A DNA stretch of 64,000 nucleotides from a bacterium (GTDB taxonomy: Bacteria; UBA8248), in the NCBI GenBank assembly GCA_965204535.1, contig CBDBEV010000001.1:1664001-1728000 (forward strand), read 5' to 3'. Below the pieces are notes generated by a model. The model was not told where the DNA came from, did not search any database, and worked only from the letters and a program-made list of their open reading frames with translations. Positions 57,212 through 64,000 of this stretch are shown one piece after another (position 1 is the stretch's first letter; each line of letters opens with the position of its first letter). The position numbers and the translations under genes are program-made.

Positions 57212-59995
57212 TTAAAGGTCCAGTTCGCCTTGCAGGTCGTCGGGCGTATCGCCAATCGCCGCCGCCTGCCGGGTGAGCTCCGGCCAAACGGCTATCAGGC
57301 CGTTCCATGCGGTTGCCTCCGCCGCATCTTTTCGTTTGTTGGCAGCAATGTCGTAGAGGCAATAGGCCAAATCTCTGGTCGCGTCGGTATTCCTGGGGCC
57401 GATCTTCTTGAGAAGCACGGCGGCACCATTTTCTCCGTTATGCTCAAGCGCGCGGACGAGATGCTGGCTGCATTCCCAGACGGTAAGGTGCCCGTCCTGC
57501 GCCGGGTCCCAGCCCGAGTCGAGCTCGTCGCGTCCGAGGATGCGGACCTTGCCGCCTGAAGCCTCCACGATCCCGGCGTGGCGGACACCCTCAACCGAGA
57601 TGCCGCGCGCCGTAGCGATGCTGTTCGCCACCCCGAAATCGCCCGCCTCCACCCCGTGCTGTTCGAACCAGGTGAGAGCGAAGCGTGTTTCGGCGTCGAA
57701 CTCGCCCTGTATGCCACCCAGGTATTCGTCGAGTTCGCGGTTGATGAGTTGCAGCGCAGTTTTCACGGGCATGGGAGTATCGGCGGCTTCCAGCACGGCC
57801 TTGCAGCGGCTGAAGACGGCCATTCCCGGGCCGATGGCCGCTTGCGGCATGTCGGCGGGTGCGATGTTCGCCTTTTGGAGAGTTTCGATAGCCGGGGGAA
57901 GTTGTCTCTTTAGAGCGCGTATGAATTCTGCGCGGCTGAGGGTTTCTGCGTTGCCATCCCGTTTGCGGCAAACTAAAACGACGGAGTTGGCAAGAGCGTT
58001 ACTTGCTTGGCCTCGCATGCGGTTGGGCAACTCTGTACGTATTGGCCATGTTCCGACGACGGCAAAACCTGCATTGATGATGGCCTCAAGAAACGTCGCC
58101 CAACCGGTCGAACTGATACCTTCGTCATTGATTTCGCTTTGCTTGAAGGCATAATAGAGAGTGGCTGGGAAATTGTCCGACGATTGGCGAACCATATTTG
58201 CAATCGCCTTGGACATGCCCCTAAGGAAAAAATATTCTGCCTTTTCCTTTCCTCCGTGCCGACAAGGTGTAGCGACCAGTTCCTCTTGCTTGGGGGTCGC
58301 AAGCACTCCGAACAAGTCCGGATAAACTGACTGAAGAGCGGGCTTCATCCAGCAAAAGAAAAAATCAGAGAGATCTGCGTATCCGATATTGTCGTAGTAA
58401 GGCGGGTCGGTGGAAAATACCGTGTCCTTAGGAAATCCAGCGGATTGGGCGTCGTATTGGCATAACGAACCACTACTGTTCAGCTTCAAATTAGCGAGCA
58501 CCTTCCATACCCAATCGCACATCGACATCCAATTGCCGGTGGATGTACTGAAAGGATTTGCTTCTGCGAAATCCCAGACCATAGGGATCGCTTGGCGGCC
58601 GAAAGTATTCCTCACTTTTGTGTATCCTGAATCCCAAGAACATATTGCGCTTCCCCGATCTGCCAGTCGATTTATGGTTAATCCTAAATACACACTCACC
58701 GCCTCGGCATAGGCTTTCGCGCCGGTGCCGCCGTGACGTACTGGGGTCTGGGCGTCGGAAAACCCGGCCGCCAGTGCGTCGCATTCAATTACTTCGCGGG
58801 CTTCATGAACCAATTCACTAAACGTGTTAAGCGCGGCAATTTGACGATCAGTGAAAAGGTCTCCGAAAGTAGTCAAGCCATAGCTACCAATCCTGAACCC
58901 GAGCGCATTCGGTTCGAAAACGATGTCAGGACGTTTTTCTGGTTTAACAGAACGAGCTAATTCTTCATGTTCAATTGTCGGGGGAATATATGTTCGGCCA
59001 TGTAACCCTTCGACGACGACAGCCATCAGCCTTACGCCTATATTACATTTTCGACCTTGAGCACGAATATACTCGAAAGGCATTGCCGCATCGGAAACAA
59101 GGCAAATCCCGCCTCGTCGGTTCATGGTTCCTTCAAGACCGTAGCGCGCGTCCCCATTTGCCGTAGAACGAATTGTAAAATAATAATCTTTGCCTTCAAC
59201 GATTGGCTCGACCCAGACTTCTTTTCCTTTCTTTGTCGAAAGATCAAAACTCCGAACCAGCGGCACATGCGCATCCGAAAACGCCGGATCAGGGCTTGGC
59301 ACGGTGCGTGTCCATATCCAGGCAATTACCGTCGCCTTGCCGCCGCCATGCTCCTTGGGGAGATCCACCTTCGGGTACAAATGGCCAATGCGCTCGAAGG
59401 CCTGCTCCCGCATCCAGGCGCCGTAGTATTTAACGTCTTCGGCCAAGCCCTCGGCGTTGCGATAGTGGTTGCGTTCCTTGGGACCTGGATGCGCCGGCTC
59501 TCTTTCTTTGAACAGTGGGGGAATCTCGATCATCGCCTTGCCGATCACCACGGCTACGGGGTTAAGATCGCTGCCATAAGCAGGAAGGCCAAGGCGCTGT
59601 GCCTCAAGCGGGATGGAGCCTCCGCCCGAGAAGGGATCGTAGATGGGGGGCAGTTCTCCTTTGCAACTACGGGCTATTTCCGCACGAGCGCGCGCGAGCA
59701 CCTCCTCGTTTGTGGAATTTTCCCATTTCACGAGGTCTTCGATGATCTTGAACAGCCGTCGTCGCTCCTTCTCGACGGTCTCTTGCGTGGGGAACTTTTC
59801 GGGATGGCTGGAGGGGTCGTCCACAAGTTGCGCGAACAGCACCGCCCGGCAGGCCGCCAGTGGCCTTCTGGCCCACCATAGGTGGAGCGTGGAAGGGTGG
59901 CCGTGGCGGATCGATTTCTCCCGCGCCGATGCGGCGTTGATCATATCGAGCGGAAGCGCAACCTCGATGAGTTTTTTCCTAACGCCTGAGTCCAT
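57212..59995 (-). CDS. DUF1156-domain adenine DNA methyltransferase (copy B)
   Basis: KKLIEVALPL, LHLWWARRPL, DPFSGGGSIP, TDPPYYDNI. Confidence 0.93.
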   Translation of the reverse strand: MDSGVRKKLIEVALPLDMINAASAREKSIRHGHPSTLHLWWARRPLAACRAVLFAQLVDDPSSHPEKFPTQETVEKERRRLFKIIEDLVKWENSTNEEVLARARAEIARSCKGELPPIYDPFSGGGSIPLEAQRLGLPAYGSDLNPVAVVIGKAMIEIPPLFKEREPAHPGPKERNHYRNAEGLAEDVKYYGAWMREQAFERIGHLYPKVDLPKEHGGGKATVIAWIWTRTVPSPDPAFSDAHVPLVRSFDLSTKKGKEVWVEPIVEGKDYYFTIRSTANGDARYGLEGTMNRRGGICLVSDAAMPFEYIRAQGRKCNIGVRLMAVVVEGLHGRTYIPPTIEHEELARSVKPEKRPDIVFEPNALGFRIGSYGLTTFGDLFTDRQIAALNTFSELVHEAREVIECDALAAGFSDAQTPVRHGGTGAKAYAEAVSVYLGLTINRLADRGSAICSWDSGYTKVRNTFGRQAIPMVWDFAEANPFSTSTGNWMSMCDWVWKVLANLKLNSSGSLCQYDAQSAGFPKDTVFSTDPPYYDNIGYADLSDFFFCWMKPALQSVYPDLFGVLATPKQEELVATPCRHGGKEKAEYFFLRGMSKAIANMVRQSSDNFPATLYYAFKQSEINDEGISSTGWATFLEAIINAGFAVVGTWPIRTELPNRMRGQASNALANSVVLVCRKRDGNAETLSRAEFIRALKRQLPPAIETLQKANIAPADMPQAAIGPGMAVFSRCKAVLEAADTPMPVKTALQLINRELDEYLGGIQGEFDAETRFALTWFEQHGVEAGDFGVANSIATARGISVEGVRHAGIVEASGGKVRILGRDELDSGWDPAQDGHLTVWECSQHLVRALEHNGENGAAVLLKKIGPRNTDATRDLAYCLYDIAANKRKDAAEATAWNGLIAVWPELTRQAAAIGDTPDDLQGELDL

Positions 59996-60061
59996 GTGCT
60001 TGCCTCGTGTTTTCCGCTCGGCGCAGCTGATTTATGCACCGAAGGTTTCGTTTCAAATCCC

Positions 60062-62878
60062 TCAAAGATTCAGCACGCCTTGCAGGTCGCCGGGCGTTTC
60101 GCGAATCGCCGCCGCCTGTTGGGTGAGTTCCGGCCAAACGGCTATCAGGCCGTTCCATGCGGTCGCCTCCGCCGCATCCTTTCGCTTGTTGGCCGCGATG
60201 TCGTAGAGGCAATAGGCCAAATCCCTGGTTGCATCGGCATATCTGGGGCCGATTTTCTTGAGAAGCACGGCGGCCCCGTCTTCGCCGCCATGCTCCAAAG
60301 CGCGGACGAGATGTTGGCTGCACTCCCAGACGGTGAGATGCCCGTCCTGCGCCGGGTCCCAACCCGAGTCGAGCTCGTCGCGTCCAAGGATGCGGACCTT
60401 GCCGCCGGAAGCCTCGGCGATCCCGGCATGACGCACGCTTTCCACCGAGATGCCGCGCGCCGTAGCGATGCTGTTCGCCGCACCGAAATCACCCTCCGTC
60501 ATGCCGTGCTGCTCGTACCAGGTGAGGGCGAAGCGCGTTTCGGCGTCGAACTCGCCTTGGATACCGCCTAGATATTCGTCGAGTTCGAGGTTGATAAGTT
60601 GTAGCGCGGTCTTCACGGGCATTGGCGTGTCGGCGGCTTCCAGCACGGCCTTGCAGCGGCTGAACACGGCCATGCCCGGGCCTATGGCCGCCTGCGGCAT
60701 GTCGGCGGGTGCGATGTTCGCTTGTTGTAACGTCTCAATAGCTGGTTGGAGTTCTCGCTTGAGCGTGCGGATAAATTCCGCGCGGCTTAAGATCTCAGCA
60801 TTATCGTCTCGTTTGCGGCAGACGAGTACGACCGAGTTGGCAAGAGCGTTCACATTTTTCTTAAGATTTCCGGTCAATTCACTGCGGATTGGCCACGTCC
60901 CAAAGACAGCATACCCAGCATTGATGACGGCCTGTAGAAAGGTCGCCCAACCAGCTGAATTTATATGCTCTTGTTTAACCTCGCTTTGTTTAAAGGCATA
61001 CCAAATGACTGCGGGAAATTCGTAGGATGATTTTTGCGCCATATTGGTGATAGCCTTTGACATGCCATCCAGAAAAAACGATTCTGCCGCTTCCTTTCCT
61101 CCGTGTCGATAGGACGTGGCAACCAGTTCTTCCTGCTTTGGGGTCGCAAGCACATCGAACAAGTCTGGATAAACTGACTGAAGGGTGGGCCTCATCCAGC
61201 AAAAGAAAAAATCAGAGAGGTCGGCATAGGCGATATTGTCGTAGTAGGGCGGGTCAGTGGAAATTACTATGTGTTCCGGAAAAGAAGCGTTTTGCGCTTC
61301 CTGTTGATTGATCTCCCCCTTGGAACCCAATCCCAATTTAACGATGACTTTTGTCAAGTAATCGAGTTGTCCTAGGAAATTACCACTGGAGTTACTGAAT
61401 GGATTACCCTCGCAAAAATCCCAGACCATAGGTAGTGCTTGTCGGGCGAATACCTGTTCTACTGTTTGACGTCCGGTGTGCCAGAACGTTAACGAAGACT
61501 GCCGATTGGCGAGGCGACCGATATTCAACCCCAAATACACACTCACCGCCTCGGCATAGGCTTTTGTGCCGGTTCCACCTTCGCGCAGTGGAGTAGGGTC
61601 GTCGGAAAAACCCGTCATCAGAGCGTCCCGTTCTATTTCATAGCGGGCCTCATGCGCCAACTCGCTGAAGGTGCTCAGCGCGACAAGCTGCCGGTCAGTG
61701 AAGAGCTTCCCCCATTGATCCAACCCATAACCATGACAAGTGCCGCCTGTGAGCTTCGATGGAGTGTCGGCTGATAGAAATGTATTGCGGCATTTTTGAG
61801 CAATGTCGCTCATTTGGGGTGATTTTGCCGCAGCAGTGTGTAAGTCACTAGGAGCGAAATAGTTGCGGCTACGTTTCCCTTGGGTGACTATAGCGATAAG
61901 AGTTTGACTCATTTTTCCAGATTTGCCGCATTTTTTCACATAGTCTGCAGTGATAGCAGCACCGGATAACAGACACTGAAATATTCCACGCCCCGCTTTT
62001 GTTCCTGCCTTTGCTGCTAAAATTTCGTCCTTAGCCCCGGCTTTTCGGATACGGTAGCGGATTGTCTTCTCTGACTTGTCTAAAATAGGCTCGATCCATA
62101 CTTCTTTCCCGGCTTTGGAATTCAGTAGAAAACTCGATGCAATAGGCACCTGCACCTCAGAAAACGCCGGGTCCGGGCTCGGCACGGTGCGCGCCCAAAT
62201 CCAAGCGATCACCGTCGCCTTCCCGCCACCATGTTCCTTGGGCAAATCCACCTGCGGATACAGATGACCGATGTACTCGAAAGCTCGCTCTCGCATCCAT
62301 GCGCCGTAGTATTTGACGTCCTCGGCCAGGCCTTCCGCGTTACGGTAATGGTTGCGCTCTCTCGGGCCCGGGTGCGCCGGCTCTCTATCTTTGAACAGTG
62401 GGGGTATCTCGATCATCGCCTTGCCGATCACGACGGCCACGGGGTTCAGATCGCTGCCGTAGGCGGGAAGGCCCAGGCGCTGGGCCTCAAGCGGGATGGA
62501 GCCGCCGCCCGAGAAAGGATCGTAGATAGGGGGTAATTCGCCGTTACAACTTCGGGCAATCTCGGCGCGGGCGCGCACGAGTACCTCTTCGTTGGTGGAG
62601 TTCTCCCACTTTACAAGGTCTTCGATGATGGCGAAGAGCCGCTTGCGCTCTTTATCCTCAGCCTCTTGGGTGGGGAATTTATCGGGATGGCTGGAGGGGT
62701 CGTCCACCAGTTGCGCGAACAGGACCGCGCGGCAGGCCGCCAGCGGCCTGCGCGCCCACCACAGGTGGAGCGTGGAAGGGTGGCCGTGGCGGATCGATTT
62801 CTCCCGCGCCGATGCGGCGTTGATCGCATCGAGCGGAAGCGCAACCTCAATGAGTTTTTTCTTAACGCCTGGGTCCAT
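60062..62878 (-). CDS. DUF1156-domain adenine DNA methyltransferase (copy A)
   Basis: Same motifs as copy B; divergent central segments. Confidence 0.93.
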   Translation of the reverse strand: MDPGVKKKLIEVALPLDAINAASAREKSIRHGHPSTLHLWWARRPLAACRAVLFAQLVDDPSSHPDKFPTQEAEDKERKRLFAIIEDLVKWENSTNEEVLVRARAEIARSCNGELPPIYDPFSGGGSIPLEAQRLGLPAYGSDLNPVAVVIGKAMIEIPPLFKDREPAHPGPRERNHYRNAEGLAEDVKYYGAWMRERAFEYIGHLYPQVDLPKEHGGGKATVIAWIWARTVPSPDPAFSEVQVPIASSFLLNSKAGKEVWIEPILDKSEKTIRYRIRKAGAKDEILAAKAGTKAGRGIFQCLLSGAAITADYVKKCGKSGKMSQTLIAIVTQGKRSRNYFAPSDLHTAAAKSPQMSDIAQKCRNTFLSADTPSKLTGGTCHGYGLDQWGKLFTDRQLVALSTFSELAHEARYEIERDALMTGFSDDPTPLREGGTGTKAYAEAVSVYLGLNIGRLANRQSSLTFWHTGRQTVEQVFARQALPMVWDFCEGNPFSNSSGNFLGQLDYLTKVIVKLGLGSKGEINQQEAQNASFPEHIVISTDPPYYDNIAYADLSDFFFCWMRPTLQSVYPDLFDVLATPKQEELVATSYRHGGKEAAESFFLDGMSKAITNMAQKSSYEFPAVIWYAFKQSEVKQEHINSAGWATFLQAVINAGYAVFGTWPIRSELTGNLKKNVNALANSVVLVCRKRDDNAEILSRAEFIRTLKRELQPAIETLQQANIAPADMPQAAIGPGMAVFSRCKAVLEAADTPMPVKTALQLINLELDEYLGGIQGEFDAETRFALTWYEQHGMTEGDFGAANSIATARGISVESVRHAGIAEASGGKVRILGRDELDSGWDPAQDGHLTVWECSQHLVRALEHGGEDGAAVLLKKIGPRYADATRDLAYCLYDIAANKRKDAAEATAWNGLIAVWPELTQQAAAIRETPGDLQGVLNL

Positions 62879-63031
62879 GAACTAGCCTCGTGTTCGTTCT
62901 TTTTGGCGTTGTTACGTCGTTATTCCGTTTTCAAAAGCGCTTTTCATCTCCCCGATAAAGCGCTCAAGTCGGCACCGCCGCATCTATGAGCGTATCAAGC
63001 GTAAGGGCGGCCCCGATGAGTTATTTGCTTG

Positions 63032-64000
63032 TCACCTAGTAGCTACAAGTCCGGCTGTTTTAGAAATGTTTTTGGCCAATTCTTTGTAATCACCATAGGC
63101 TTTGTTTACGGCTATCGAATGGCTGCCGATGGCCCCATCGGCGGAAGTCAACTGAAAGATCGGCTTGCGCATCTCTTGGGCCATCGGCACGAGGCTGCGG
63201 TAATGACGAATGGTAGCCAGGCAATTTCCGTCTTCCGCTGGAGTATTGGCCGGAGGCAGTAATTCGTCTGCTGCGCCTCCCAACATTTCGGCGTATTCCG
63301 CGGGCATTCTGTTGACCCATTTGTCATAAGCCTTGGCCGGTCGATCCAACCTGACCCCGTGTTGCTGAATAATATAACCTACGGGCTGCATCCTGCCCTC
63401 TGGCAGCGGAAAATCTGGATTCTCCCAGTTCTCCAGTCGTTTTCTCCAATCCTGGCGCCATTGGCGCAACGTCGGGCCAAGGTTGCGCAAACCCTGAAGT
63501 GAGAAGAGATCGGCCGCTAGAGGCACGATGACCTTGTCCGTCGCTATCAACGCCGACCGGTTGATGGCTCCGAGATTGGGGCCGACGTCGGCAATGATCA
63601 CCGTCGCATCGCATTTTTCCGCCCCGTTCTGCATCACAATCCAAAAGCTTGAAAGGATACGAAACGCCCGGTACAGGCTATCGGAGCCGAGGGCGTTTGG
63701 CCACTGCTCCGACAGCGTGCTCTCGAAACCGGACAGCGCCAGGTCACCAGGCAAAACGGAAAGTGACGACGTAATTCTTTGAACGTCCGGCGGCAGGAGA
63801 TCGCCGACTTCCGTCAGCGGCTTGACGCACTGAAAGATAGTCGCGCCGCGATTTTCCTTTTGTCCCCCATTCCAGATTTCTTCCAAGAAATCCTCTTCGA
63901 GAAACGCCGCCGTCAGGTTGGCTTGCGGATCCAAATCGCACACGAGCACGGTATGGCCGATTTCAGACAGCATCCAGGCCAGATGATAGGCAAGCGAAGT
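63032..64000 (-). CDS. ParA/Soj-family ATPase (5' end beyond the window)
   Basis: TSLAYHLAWML, DLDPQANLT, DVGPNLGAINRSAL. Confidence 0.88.
   Translation of the reverse strand, partial: TSLAYHLAWMLSEIGHTVLVCDLDPQANLTAAFLEEDFLEEIWNGGQKENRGATIFQCVKPLTEVGDLLPPDVQRITSSLSVLPGDLALSGFESTLSEQWPNALGSDSLYRAFRILSSFWIVMQNGAEKCDATVIIADVGPNLGAINRSALIATDKVIVPLAADLFSLQGLRNLGPTLRQWRQDWRKRLENWENPDFPLPEGRMQPVGYIIQQHGVRLDRPAKAYDKWVNRMPAEYAEMLGGAADELLPPANTPAEDGNCLATIRHYRSLVPMAQEMRKPIFQLTSADGAIGSHSIAVNKAYGDYKELAKNISKTAGLVATR

Overview
This window is a mobile defence island, most likely integrative mobilizable elements; it has no housekeeping, rRNA, tRNA or CRISPR features. The GC-rich backbone carries two coupled tyrosine integrases, a TraD/TrwB coupling protein, a MOB-F relaxase and a Y-family polymerase. 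It also has two diverged, inverted copies of a leading-region module: ssb - structured spacer - DUF4326 - DUF2493/SLOG - oriT - RHH protein. Each copy has an F-like nic site and a hairpin that fits a single-stranded-DNA promoter; the second copy is interrupted by an IS1182-family element. The AT-richer cargo looks defence-related: a Dsr1-like sirtuin, a SIR2 + Swt1-HEPN pair, large PD-(D/E)XK-like proteins, an HhH-GPD glycosylase, and a HEPN-DUF499 ATPase with two tandem DUF1156 methyltransferases. The best candidate for a new system is a tight four-gene operon at 47.4-52.9 kb: amino-methyltransferase, MORC-like GHKL ATPase fused to a histidine kinase, receiver protein with a Cys-rich tail, and an unknown His-motif protein. 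Remnants of three different R-M systems, HU, IS256 and a third integrase point to heavy cargo turnover. All family calls come from motif recognition by eye, not database searches.
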